From: Eledone cirrhosa
Lineage: Eukaryota
Direction: 5' to 3'
DNA: 64,000 bases
NCBI GenBank assembly: GCA_964016885.1
Contig: OZ024740.1
Location: 96,038,001 to 96,102,000 of the forward strand
Under the pieces are notes generated by a model. The model did not search any database. It had not been told where the DNA came from and saw only the letters and a program-made list of their open reading frames with translations. The number at the start of each line of letters is the position of its first letter. The first letter of the stretch is position 1. The position numbers and the translations under genes are program-made. Shown here piece by piece: positions 32,263 through 44,893 of this stretch.

Positions 32263-33535
32263 ATATATAAGACGTAAAATAAGAATTTTCTTTAAAAAAA
32301 AAAAAAAAAAAAATTAACTTACTTACTTAAATTTTCACTCCAACTAATTAGTTTCTGCAATGGGATAAAGACAGTTACGTAATGAACTGTTGAGAATTTC
32401 ATTGCGTCATCAGGAAGGTCATTCTCAGCCGAGTCTCCAGGCGATGCGCGGACACTGGGGACTCATATAAAAATAATAATAATTCGGCAACTGGAACAGC
32501 TATCGAGGACTGGATTCCAGCCACTGAATATTCTCACTGCCACTGATCATATGGCCGATTCTAAAGAATCAATCACGTGACACAGAGGCTAGTTAGTAGG
32601 AATGGGATGGTAAGATGACAGACGCCTACTAACACCCCCCCAAAAAAAATTTTAGAAATGGTTTTGGCAGGTTTGCTCGACAAATCAGTGATTTGGAGAT
32701 AAATATAGATAATTTAATATATCTACTAACATAAGCGCACAGATGTACGCTAATGCCAGAAAATACACAGGTCATGTCATAATACCTAGGTGGTTCAATG
32801 CAGGAGAATGCAGAACAATAATATATAAGACGTAAAATAAGAAAATTTCTTTAAAAAAATTAAAAAAAACAAATTAACTTACTTACTTAAATTTTCACTC
32901 CAACTAATTAGTTTCTGCAATGGGATAAAGACAGTTACGTAATGAACTGTTGAGAATTTCATTGCGTCATCAGGGAGGTCATTCTCAGCCGAGTCTCAAG
33001 GCGATGCGCGGACACTGGGGACTCATATAAAAATAATAATATTTCGGCAACTGGAACAGCTATCGAGGACTGGATTCCAGCCACTGAATATTCTCACTGC
33101 CACTGATCATATGGCCGATTCTAAAGAATCAATCACGTGACACAGAGGCTAGTTAGTAGGAATGGGATGGTAAGATGACAGACGCCTACTAACACCCCCA
33201 TAAAAAAATTTGTAGAAGTGGTTTTGGCAGGTTTGCTCGACAAATCAGTGATTTGGAGATAAATATAGATAATTTAATATATCTACTAACATAAGCGCAC
33301 AGATGTACGCTAATGCCAGCAATTGCAGAAACTAATTAGTTGGAGCGAAAATTTAAGTAAGTAAGTTAATTTTTTAAAAAACATTTTTTTTAAGAAATGT
33401 TCTTATTTTACGTCTTATATATTATTGTTCTGCATTCTCCTGCATTGAACCACCTTGGTACTATGACATAACCTGTGTATTTGCTGGCATTAGCGTACAT
33501 CTGTGCGCTTATGTTAGTAGATATATTAAATTATA
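32263..33535. repeat. ~558 bp tandem dimer followed by an inverted partial copy
   Basis: Units start at 32268 and 32826. 33323-33534 is the reverse complement of ~32708-32920. Confidence 0.9.
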
Positions 33536-33614
33536 TATATATATATATATTCAGGCTCACAATAAACACACACACACACAGACTCGCACACACACACACA
33601 CATACCCCCCCCCC

Positions 33615-33653
<39 letters not shown>

Positions 33654-33701
33654 TTGTGTGTGTGTGTATATATGTGTGTGTGTATATATGTGTGTGTGTG
33701 T

Positions 33702-33753
<52 letters not shown>

Positions 33754-33849
33754 ATCTACGTGTGTGTGTTTATTGTGCGCCTGAATCTCCCAAAGGAAAA
33801 CAATATATATTCAACACACGTCATCAGATAAGAGATCTCGCAAAATGAA

Positions 33850-33886
<37 letters not shown>

Positions 33887-34367
33887 TTGACGGAACTAGC
33901 ATGGGTATCACTGCTAAGGCCGGTTGTATCTCAGCATACTCAATAGCTAATATTAAATAAAGTTCACATACTTATTCGCCTCGATACAGCGAACATAAAC
34001 GGGTATCTTCAATTATTCCAGAACACGAGTTTCGGCCACACGTAATGCAGCAATAGAGTGCACAGCTCACTTTATCCGCATATATTATGCAAAATGAGAA
34101 TCGACGCATGTACCCTCATAAGCGTTTTTCGCCGAATCAATAGCCAATCAATCGTCAGAATTCAACTTCAGTCCACGCCGGCTATGACTATATGTGACGG
34201 CCAAATTAGCAAAACTTTGGGAACTGGAAGCTCTACGCGTGAAAATGCCGTCCCCTGATTGGCTACCGATTTTAGAAATGTACGTGATGTATATGTATAT
34301 ATAAATATATATGTTGTCCAGAAAGAGCCGTCGAAACGGCTTGAGCTCAGCCGTCGGGATCTTACTT

Positions 34368-34447
<80 letters not shown>

Positions 34448-34513
34448 ACATATACACACATATACATATATATACATATATATATATACACATACATATA
34501 TATATATACATAC

Positions 34514-34700
<187 letters not shown>

Positions 34701-35412
34701 AATGAAAGGTATAGGAAACACTGCAGCGAAAAGTGAACAGCATTCCATAAAATATAAGTGACTCTAGCGTCAAATTGGGAAAAATAGTTAACGTAAGATG
34801 TGGGAAAAATAATTTAAACTCATCTCAAAGAGAATCAGGATATAAATTCATCTACAGAATTTAGTGAAATCCATGGAAAAATCAATAGAGCCTTAACTCA
34901 TGATAAAATAAAGTTCAAAATACTTATCCTTCAATTTGGAAAAACTTCAAATGCTCTGTATAATCTTAAAGACTATTTCATGAAAACTTTCAGTGGAGAT
35001 GGTCATGGTTGGAATTCATTATCAGCAGAGCTCAACTCGATAACCAGGATTCTCACAGATTAATATGCCAAAAAGGGAAATCTAAAGCTGGCCAGTTCAA
35101 CATCATGCTTGATTATGAAAAACGCACATGAGGAAAAATACATGGCTATTGACGTCAGAATGAGACGGATGTTTGTTTACAAGAAACAGCAGTCAAAAAC
35201 ATTCCGAAAAAAAAACTCTACAGTAAGGAGTTCAGCAAGATGCAATATCTTCGCACTTTTTTATAAAAAAAAAAAACCGGGATTAGTCACAAATAATTTA
35301 AGCACTCGAGGAAAATATCCGAGTATAAATATATAAATGAAAGGTATAGAAAACACTGCATATATATATCTATCTATATATATATATATTATATATATAT
35401 GTATGTGTATAC

Positions 35413-35489
<77 letters not shown>

Positions 35490-35491
<2 letters not shown>

Positions 35492-35679
35492 ACGAAGGAA
35501 TTGTGGTAAGGAACCAGATGGGCCATGACGCACTAGAGTACTCAATACTTAGGGTAGTACAAATGGGAAAAACTCTGACCCCGACGGCAGAGCTCAAGCC
35601 GTTTTCGACGGCTATTTCTGAGTCCAGAAATAGCCGTCGAAACGGCTTGAGCAGTGCCGTCTGGGTCATAGTTTTTTCA
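35490..35679. repeat. Short repeat-family copy with a terminal fold-back palindrome
   Basis: Arms GACGGCAGAGCTCAAGCCGTTTTCGACGGCTATTTCTG and CAGAAATAGCCGTCGAAACGGCTTGAGCAGTGCCGTC are centred on 35621-35624. Confidence 0.8.
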
Positions 35680-35694
35680 TATATATATATTTAT

Positions 35695-35810
35695 TTCGGA
35701 AATTTATGAATTTTCTTTTTTAAATTATAATTTAATTTATAAGAAACTGAAGTGAAAGCAACTCTTGCCTGTGTTTCTTATTGGCAACATAACCCTCCCA
35801 AAGTATAATA
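35695..35810 (+). mobile_element. Solo fragment of the 24-27 kb PLE terminal repeat
   Basis: Matches 27135-27242 (CGGAAATTTAT..GTGAAAGCAA..TGTGTTTCTTATT.GCAACAT.ACCCTC..AAAGTATAA). Confidence 0.75.
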
Positions 35811-36270
35811 ATATATATATATATATATATATAGTAGAATAATCGAGTATCGAAAAATCGGCGCACGAGTTCACGATAAACAAAATTCGAGATGAGCGGC
35901 AGAGGGCTCTATAATTCAAATAAATCAGAGCTATAACTATCGTTAAAATACCGTCACACGTAGAATATGTCTACAATCAACCAAATAACCGAAAGATTTC
36001 GATATGGAAGATTCGGGACACTCAGATAAATTATCAATAAATTAATAAATGAAATGAATGTAAAAAGCATACCCGGACCCACTAGAGAGATGTTATATCT
36101 AGCTTATATATATATATAACGAAATCGTTGGGGTAAAGAACCAGATGGACGCTAACGCAACAGAATACTCAATACTTAGTGTAGTAGCGTGGGTAATAGG
36201 AAAATGTATGACCTCGACGGCAGAGCTCAAGCAGTTTTGACGGTTTGAACACTGCCGTCGGGGGTCATAC

Positions 36271-36316
<46 letters not shown>

Positions 36317-36317
36317 C

Positions 36318-36661
36318 TTGTTATAATTTGGGAAGGTCTGCTGTCAATAAAAACAAATGCGCCTGTTGATTTGCATTTCAATTCATTATACGTTTCGTGT
36401 AGTGTGGTTGGTTTGTTTGAGAGACACAAAATAAAAACCTTGTCACTGAGGAGGTCACATAATGTGTGGCAAAAGAGACGTGATTTTATATAAAATCAAA
36501 TCCGGTTATCGAACAAGCCAGCCATCCAACCAACCGGAAACTTATAGTACATTGAAGTGAAAGCCAACTGGTTCCGGTCTTTTTATTGCCAGCCTGAATC
36601 TGCCAAAGGATCACAATATATGTTTCAACACACGTCTTCAGAGATGAAATCTCGCAAAACG

Positions 36662-36662
<1 letters not shown>
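36318..36662. mobile_element. Small rearranged pLTR remnant of the 24-27 kb PLE family with a decayed HHR
   Basis: Terminal motif TTATAATTTGGGAAGGTC. UUGUCA-CUGAGGA-GGUCACAUAAUGUGUGGC-AAAA at 36440-36475. Tail TTTCAACACACGTCTTCAG..CTCGCAAAA. Confidence 0.65.
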
Positions 36663-36724
<62 letters not shown>

Positions 36725-37440
36725 ATAAAAAGCAAGCAAACCAATCAAGAGATTAAATAAGAGATTAGTTATGCAGATTACGAGCCAGTGGAGGGAAGGT
36801 TAATGTGCTCGATGCGTATAGGCGAGTAAATGGAAAGAAGAATTGTCTAGCAAAATTATTATTAAATTATAAAAAAAATATAAATAAATTGATGGAGAGA
36901 ACACTAATGATTTATGAATACATATAATTGGAAAGACTGACAATTTGTTTCAAACACTAAATTCTTGATATGCACATAGATGATATGCATACCGAATAAA
37001 AATCAATATTATTACCGTAAACATAAATGTGTGACGTAGTATTCTCTTCAGACCCGAAAGAAAACATTTATCATATATTAGCTCAAAAATCAAAACATAA
37101 TTCTAACGGCGTGCTTCCTACAACTAACAATAGATTTAGAATCAACTGCTATAGGAAACCTTACCAGGTACTTCCCTATAATAATAAGAAATCAGCTACC
37201 ACTCCTTCAAAAAATTGAAGAATAATCTTGTCTTACCTATACAAAACAAACCAGCTGGAAATGTGTAATGAATTGTAGTTAAAACCAGCATGTGCTTGAA
37301 TTGTATTTGGTTGCACGACCCTGCCAATGTATAACAATACATGCTTGAATACATGATGCTAGTTAAGGAATTTTGCAAAAGAAATACAAAAATGAAGTGC
37401 ACACACTCACACACACGCACACACAAACACACGCACACAC

Positions 37441-37479
<39 letters not shown>

Positions 37480-38554
37480 TATACTTCGTTTTTGTATATC
37501 TTTTGCAGTATTTCTTATATAAATATATATATATATATGTGTGTGTGACAGAGAGAGAGTGAGTAAGAGAGTGTATGTGTGCGTGCGTATGTGTGTGGAC
37601 GTGTATGTATGTGTGTGTGTTTAACTGGAATCATTAAAGACATGATCAAATGTTATCATATTAGCATCAAAATATCTCTTTGTACTGTGAGTTGAAGGTA
37701 AGTGAGAGGATGTTTGCTAATACATTGTAAGGAAGAATTAATCATGCCCAACCAATATAAAACAATGCATATCATCTTTCAAACTCTTAAGAAATGCCAT
37801 TCCATTATACATATGTTATAGCATGTATCTAAAAAAGTTACCGATTAAATTCTCGTGATAAATAATGTTTTAAAATGACATATTAATGATTGAAGACAAT
37901 TGTCACTTGTTTGAAATAAATGCAAAACAAGTCACGCAATTAAGCGTTCATACCGAAGTTGATATAAATTGCGAGTCCCCTTCATATTAAAAAGAAATGT
38001 AACACTCATTATATACATTGTATCAGATAAGATTTAACAAAATCCATCCGCCCCTGAATACTGAGTCCCATGAGGTGGAATGGCTACTGGTCTCGCTGGA
38101 TGTTCCCTGCGGTAATGATTTAGATATCATCACAATAGGCTGCAGCTGAATCAGACCACCTAGCCAGTAGTGTAAACTTTGCGACTATCTTGCCTTTTTC
38201 CATTATTTAATTATTAAAACACAGCCCCGCTGTCTCTCCTTCTTCACAATCATTCGTCTATTTTCCTGTTTATTATGTTAATCGTTTTATAATGCTTCGC
38301 TTTCATATTATTCTGTTCAATGATGCTTTCTTTATCAATCGCTTTCTGCAGGAAGTTAGAATAGAAAAAATGATAAGTGCACTTGTAAATCATTTCAACG
38401 GAATATGACACGCATTTTCTAAACCTTGATAACATGTCTAATTGTGTTTACAATATTATGAATTGCAAGGAAGCGACGATACATGAAAAACAGAAGAAAA
38501 ATATAGAAGGAACATCCTGTAAATACTTTGTGAAAACATCAAAACCGAATATAC

Positions 38555-39120
38555 TAACGTGATAGCTTTTCCCTTTCTATTTTCACTGGTATGCACGAAA
38601 AAAAGAAAAAGAAACCAACATTTATTCTAAAACGCGTAAGGAATGTGTATTCAAAGAAGTGAAACAGCATAAAATCAATCATCTTCAATTTATGGATGAT
38701 TTGAAGTTGTTGCAAAGAATGAAAATCAAATAGATAACTCTATTGAAAACAGAAGCTACGTTTATCGACGATGCGGGCATGGAATTTGGAATTGTGAATG
38801 GTTATCAATGAAATAAATATAAACGATAGAAGGAAATGGAATATTATATGCAGAGAAAACGAAATCATCGAAATAGTTATTCATGTTTCGTTAGAAATAT
38901 ATGTAGATGTCTGTGTTCAATACAATTAAGGAACCTAACACGTATGAAATGTTTAAAATAAATTATTGTACACGATTAATAATAGTGATGGCGTCGAACC
39001 TAAATAGTCTGAGTGCCAGTCATATTACGAAACAGTGGTTCATAAGTTTCGCAATACAATATGCTCGTTGAAATTCGAAACAGAATTTAAATCAGTTTAG
39101 CTGCGAAACCCGACCTACAA
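38555..39120 (+). mobile_element. Old R4/Dong-like non-LTR retrotransposon RT fragment
   Basis: KINHLQFMDDLKL..KNENQID..FIDDAGMEFGI at 38671-38793 matches the R4/Dong-type INHLLFMDDLKL..DIGMEFG motif. A GDSLSPLLF-like remnant lies near 38560. Confidence 0.65.
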
Positions 39121-39230
39121 TGATAATATACATATTACGTTTTGAAATGAAATAAGGTTAGTAAGTTTTATCTACTGTTAAGAAAATTAATAACAGTATC
39201 GGATGCGTGCGTTATTGTTGTATTGTTGTA

Positions 39231-39420
39231 TGGCGGTGGATTGGCAGTATTGGTAGAGGGTCGGACGCCATGCTTTCCAGCATACTTACGTCCCTTACGA
39301 GCTGAGTTCAAATCCCGCCGATGTTGACTTTGCCTTTCATCCTTACGGGCACGATAAAATAAAGTACCAGTAATGCACTGAGTATTTGCTGGCCTTGTGC
39401 CTAAAGTAGAAACAGTTATT
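39231..39420 (+). mobile_element. tRNA-derived SINE resembling the abundant octopus SINE
   Basis: B-box GAGTTCAAATCCC followed by GACTTTGCCTTTCATCCTT.CGGG..CGATAAAATAAAGTACCAG and 3' GGCCTTGTGCCTAAAGTAGAAA. The family match is recalled from memory, not searched. Confidence 0.75.
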
Positions 39421-39890
39421 GTTGTATTGTTTAAAATTGCATGCCGATATATAATCTCATAATACAAGTTCATTTGTTTCATGTGATATCTTCAATGTTT
39501 GCTTATTGATATTTACGTTATCTGAAAAGAACAGATTATTTTGTTTAGCAACAACAAAATCTACAATGAAAACACTATCTTAATTATTAAAACTACAGGA
39601 TATAAGAGGAAAATAATCTATGCAATTGCAATAAGTGTGTCTTTTGTAAGATTTACTTTCATACATATAACATATAATAGATTATAACACTATACGATAA
39701 CCTGAACACATCACGCTTATGTAGCTCTTCACAGTGATTGTTATAGTGCAGGTAATATGTTTCGTAACTGTAGTATGAAGTGTTGAATAATTAGTGCTCC
39801 CTTTTATAGTCTTTCATGTTCCCACTCTCAGTCTCACTATCTCTCGCTCTCTCTATCTGTCTCATTCTATCTCTCTCTCTCGGTTTCTCA

Positions 39891-39990
<100 letters not shown>

Positions 39991-40020
39991 ATATTTGGGG
40001 AGGGTCATATTTGCGTAATA

Positions 40021-42498
40021 TTGCCAGAATTAATAAGAGAACACACTCACTGTTTGGTTGGTTTTCGCTTCTCGCTGTCTTTTATATCTGCGATCAAACT
40101 TACTCGGTCCTCAATGTTGCCATTGACTAACCGGCGGTCAAAAATAATACAGATACAATATAGACACAAACACATATATATAGTTTACATAATTTACATA
40201 AATCTTTCGTTGCACATCTGCAACATCGTCAGTGGTGTTATATTCAACGCACTCTACAGACAAAAACGCATCAACGGTAAGGAAATCCGAAATCTCTTCA
40301 CAGCAAACGAGAGAGACGACTTCATGAGCGTCATCCGACGCGAAACGAAATATGCTCAAAACGAATGCTGTAGGCATTTCAAGAAGAAATTAGAATGGAT
40401 GAATAAGAAAAAACTACAAGAAAGGAAAATCGAATATTCTCAAAAATACCCAGATAACATCGACAATATCCGTATGACTGATGTAAAACTACCGGAAGAA
40501 TTTACCAATGACCACACAGTAAATATCTATGGGAACACTTTAATCAGTGAACAGGAACAACAAATCCTAAGGTTACCATCAAAATTTGCCATCTACAAAA
40601 AGATTAACCCTATGGAATGCAAAACGGAGCTGGAAAAGTGTTTCACAAAAATACGTTGGAATGCAAAGGTAAACAACAACAACAATAATAACGGTAGTAG
40701 TAATATAAACAATAACTCTGGGTATAGAAATAACAGCCATAACCATAACAATGGCAGGAAAGTGAGAAATAGTGATAATGGCAATAATACTAGCGATAGA
40801 CGGAACAATAACAACCACAATAATAATAATAATAGAAACTTTAACCACAGACACAGCAACAGTGACCACAGTAGTAATAACGGTAACAATACGACCAACA
40901 ACAACAATAACCACAGTGGTAATAATGGAAATAGTACATGTAGCAACATCAACAAAAACAAGAAACATAATAATAGTAACAACCACAATGGTAGAAATAA
41001 CAGTAACAACAACAACAATAACGGTGAAGTAAACAACAATACATCTAGCAATCATAACAATAATAATAATGCTAATGATAGAAACAACAACAACCACCAT
41101 GATAACAATAATAGCAACACACACAACTATGACGATAGAAATAACGACAACCCCTTAGAGAAACTATTTTTCAACCCAGCTGACAAAACATATAAGATGG
41201 GTAATATCTATCCTACGAGGTTACCCTTTAATAAAAGAGTTTGCATACCACAGCAAATAGATGACGAGACGGAGGCACAGTTCACCATAGCTAGAAATAA
41301 GATTAGACAAGTAGTAGACAGGTATACTATGAGACAGAGCAGACCAGAGGCCCAACAACTTGGGAGAAAACCTGTAGAAGGCTTGGTTAGCCTCAAGCAG
41401 CGCACAAGGGATGGTGAGGTAGTGTGTCTACCCACAGATAAGTCTGGTAGGATGTCAATAGATAGCATGCCGAACTACATCGAGGCAATGCAACCCCACA
41501 TCACCAACACGAGCGAAGTTGCACAACTAACACACGATGGGAGAGAAAAAATCCTCAACGCTCACATGATGATGTGGACTGACATCCTAAAGCCAAGCAG
41601 ACTCACTGCCAACAACTTCCAGGCGTCTAATAATGGCATACCACCCTTGTATGGGCTCCGCAAAGACCACAAGAAAGTCGACGACCCGACAACAGGACCA
41701 CCAACAAGACCCGTAAGCGGAGCTAATATAGCTAGCAACTACAGGATCTCCTACTTCTTCTCAATGGTTATACGCCCCATAATCAAGATGTCCCCAGATG
41801 TATGTGAAAGTACAGAGGACCTCCTCAGCAGAATCAGTGAGTGCAACAAAAACAGGAGCCTATCCAACTGCATAATAGGCAGCATGGATGTGGTGTCACT
41901 GTACCCATCCATTAACATTGATTTTGCTGTGAAAAGATGTGTGGAGATGATCATTGAGAGTGAGGTGGAGTTCTGCGACGTCGACACAGACGAACTGGGC
42001 CTCCTACTTAGACTTACCTACGACACTGACAACCTAGACAGCCATGACCTTAGATGTTTCTGCCCTAGTAGACCTATAAGAGGTAGACCCCCCACCATAA
42101 CTTCAATGGCTAAAAAGACTCCCATACGAAGGTGGATTGGGTGGACCAAAGCTATACGGACCCCCCAAAATACTGATCAGGTAAGAAAAATGGTCGCACA
42201 TGCAATAGGGGCTAGTATCAAAACTACCCTAAAGGGCCACATATTTAAGTTCAATGAGAACATCTACACCCAAAATGAGGGAGCAGCCATCGGCGTCAGC
42301 ATAGCTGGTGATGTTGCCAACCTCTTCATGGTATGGTGGGAAAGGAGACTTAAAGATCTCCTTAATGAAAGCTCCATAGACCTCATCATGTACTCTGGTT
42401 ATGTAGACGATATCAATATAGTTATAAGAACACCCCCACTAGAGAGCACTAACAAGTTTGATTTAGAACGTAGCACATGGAAAGCATCCAGCAGATAG
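40021..42498 (+). CDS. PLE reverse transcriptase (first ~75 codons read through the inverted pLTR; frameshift near 42480)
   Basis: LPTDKSGRMS, LYGLRKDHK, PTRPV, SMDVVSLYPSI, GAAIGVSIAGDVANLFM and YVDDINIV, with an Asn-rich insert. Confidence 0.85.
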   Translation: MPELIREHTHCLVGFRFSLSFISAIKLTRSSMLPLTNRRSKIIQIQYRHKHIYIVYIIYINLSLHICNIVSGVIFNALYRQKRINGKEIRNLFTANERDDFMSVIRRETKYAQNECCRHFKKKLEWMNKKKLQERKIEYSQKYPDNIDNIRMTDVKLPEEFTNDHTVNIYGNTLISEQEQQILRLPSKFAIYKKINPMECKTELEKCFTKIRWNAKVNNNNNNNGSSNINNNSGYRNNSHNHNNGRKVRNSDNGNNTSDRRNNNNHNNNNNRNFNHRHSNSDHSSNNGNNTTNNNNNHSGNNGNSTCSNINKNKKHNNSNNHNGRNNSNNNNNNGEVNNNTSSNHNNNNNANDRNNNNHHDNNNSNTHNYDDRNNDNPLEKLFFNPADKTYKMGNIYPTRLPFNKRVCIPQQIDDETEAQFTIARNKIRQVVDRYTMRQSRPEAQQLGRKPVEGLVSLKQRTRDGEVVCLPTDKSGRMSIDSMPNYIEAMQPHITNTSEVAQLTHDGREKILNAHMMMWTDILKPSRLTANNFQASNNGIPPLYGLRKDHKKVDDPTTGPPTRPVSGANIASNYRISYFFSMVIRPIIKMSPDVCESTEDLLSRISECNKNRSLSNCIIGSMDVVSLYPSINIDFAVKRCVEMIIESEVEFCDVDTDELGLLLRLTYDTDNLDSHDLRCFCPSRPIRGRPPTITSMAKKTPIRRWIGWTKAIRTPQNTDQVRKMVAHAIGASIKTTLKGHIFKFNENIYTQNEGAAIGVSIAGDVANLFMVWWERRLKDLLNESSIDLIMYSGYVDDINIVIRTPPLESTNKFDLERSTWKASSR

Positions 42499-43022
42499 CT
42501 AATTCCATACACCAGAGTATAACTGTAACTATCGAATTCCCTTCCAAACACCCTAAAAATAGACTACCTGTATTAGACACAGAACTCTGGAATAACACTA
42601 TAGACGAGAGAGCCCAAATTCTCCACTCACACTATGCTAAACCCATGGCCTCCAAATACCTGATACTCAAAAACTCAGCAATGTCCAGTAGTGCTAAGTT
42701 TAATATTCTGATCGCAGATTTGGTACGAGTGATGAAGAATGTGTCCAGCATGTGCGACCCAACAGAAATGGAAGGACACATCCAACACTTCATCAACCGC
42801 ATGCAGTTCTCTGGCTACAACCAAAGAGACAGAGTCAGAGTATACGAAGGAGCCATGGAAAAGTATAAGACCCTCATAGAACTGGACATGAAAGGAATTT
42901 GCCCACTATACAGGAGCAAAACATGGACTAGCTTAGATAGGGCTAGACATAAGATAGGGAAGGTCACAATCAGAGATATCAGAGTGTCATGTTTGTGGAC
43001 GCCACCCCTGGAGGGAAATTAG
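42477..43022 (+). CDS. PLE RT thumb region (frameshifted continuation)
   Basis: LPVLDTELW, HYAKPMAS, FINRMQFSGY. Confidence 0.8.
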   Translation: MESIQQIANSIHQSITVTIEFPSKHPKNRLPVLDTELWNNTIDERAQILHSHYAKPMASKYLILKNSAMSSSAKFNILIADLVRVMKNVSSMCDPTEMEGHIQHFINRMQFSGYNQRDRVRVYEGAMEKYKTLIELDMKGICPLYRSKTWTSLDRARHKIGKVTIRDIRVSCLWTPPLEGN

Positions 43023-43543
43023 CTAACCAGTGTAGAAAGGCCGAGAGAAGGACCCACTTAAAAATAAAGGTGGTAGAAAAGCCAGGAACCACCATAAAAT
43101 CCCTGATCAGCAAAAACCACCCTTTTAAGAAAACCCACTGTACCAATAGGAAATGTATCATATGTAAGGTGAACCCCTGGATAAACTGTAAAACTAGAAA
43201 CGTAGTCTATAGCATAAGATGTACAGAGGGTACTTGCAGAAACATGACAACAACATACATAGGTGAGACAGCTCGTAGCATAGGTGAAAGGATAGACCAA
43301 CACTGGGGGGAACTAAAAGGAAGAAAAAACGGATCAGTACTATACAAACATGCTAGACAACAACATGACGGTAACATAGACAACATAGAAATTAGAATAA
43401 TATCTAAACATAGGAATGACCCAGCAGATAGGCAAATCAGAGAGGCCAGTGAAATAGAAATTAGAAGACCAAAGCTAAACAGAAAGAATGAGTGGAACAA
43501 CAACAACACCCAAACAAACAACACTGACCTAAGAGAAGTATAA
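42989..43543 (+). CDS. PLE Zn-linker plus GIY-YIG endonuclease (frameshifted continuation)
   Basis: CTNRKCIIC..NCKTRNVVYSIRC..YIGETARSIGERIDQH..LYKH..H..RQIREA..PKLN. Confidence 0.88.
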   Translation: MFVDATPGGKLANQCRKAERRTHLKIKVVEKPGTTIKSLISKNHPFKKTHCTNRKCIICKVNPWINCKTRNVVYSIRCTEGTCRNMTTTYIGETARSIGERIDQHWGELKGRKNGSVLYKHARQQHDGNIDNIEIRIISKHRNDPADRQIREASEIEIRRPKLNRKNEWNNNNTQTNNTDLREV

Positions 43544-44145
43544 ATAAGTAAATAAAATAAAATAAAATAAGATAAATAAATACATACACAAGCACAATAA
43601 CAACAAGCACATAAACAGACACTAGTCACCCAGCAGACACAACACTATACACACTAGTCACACATCACACATAACACTATACACACACGCAAACGCATGC
43701 GCAAAGAAGACAAAATAAAATAAGATAAACAGACAAGCAAATAAATAAATAAATATATAGACAGACTGAATAAAAAATGGCGTAGACATACAACACAACA
43801 GGTGGAACAATGAATATAACACCACTGAAGATGTTGCAGATGTGCAACGAAAGATTTATGTAAATTATGTAAACTATATATATGTGTTTGTGTCTATATT
43901 GTATCTGTATTATTTTTTACCGCCGGTCAGTCAATGGCAACATTGAGGACCGAGTAAGTTAGATCGCAGATATAAAAGACATCGAGAAGCTAAAAGCAAC
44001 CAAACAGTGAGTGTGTTCTGTTATTAATTCTGGCAATATTACGCAAATATGGCCCTCCCCAAATATAACAATATCTGTTTCGACACACGATTTCATATAA
44101 AAAACCTCGCTAAACTAATTCATCGCCGCTATATATATATATATG

Positions 44146-44243
<98 letters not shown>

Positions 44244-44252
44244 ATTTGTGTG

Positions 44253-44353
<101 letters not shown>

Positions 44354-44481
44354 ATATGTGTGTGTGTGCGTGTAAGTGAGTAGAGTAGCGTGTGTGTGTG
44401 TTTGTTGTATGTATGCGTGTTGCTGTGTGCACGCATATGTATGCGTGTGTGTGTATGTCGTACGTATAAGTGTCAATAAGT

Positions 44482-44514
<33 letters not shown>

Positions 44515-44815
44515 GCGGGGACATATAAATAATCGGGCTGGATGCCCGATCGCGCAGTTAAGCCACTGGGAGTGAAGAACCCCTAGCCCATGTCAGGGTA
44601 TTCTTCTAGGAGAAGGCATCTCAGGAAACTGGGTTAACTCCGATATAAAACCTGCGGCTCAGTAGTTACCGATGATGTTGATCTTTTCTTCTTTTCGGGT
44701 TATAGCTACTGTCGCTCAGAGAGTGGGATTGGTTCAGTGCACAGTCTTTCCTCACTTTAAAAATATTCGTCACGCACAGGCATTGCACGAGTGCATTAAT
44801 AATTATTAATAGTGT

Positions 44816-44850
<35 letters not shown>

Positions 44851-44893
44851 TATTATTACTTTTTTTTTTTTTCTTTTTTTTTTTTCCAATTCA

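Noticed and set aside
37052-37167. Possible host exon (cttcag..CCAG|gtactt)
   Set aside because: Weak splice signals, no recognisable protein similarity and no partner exons.
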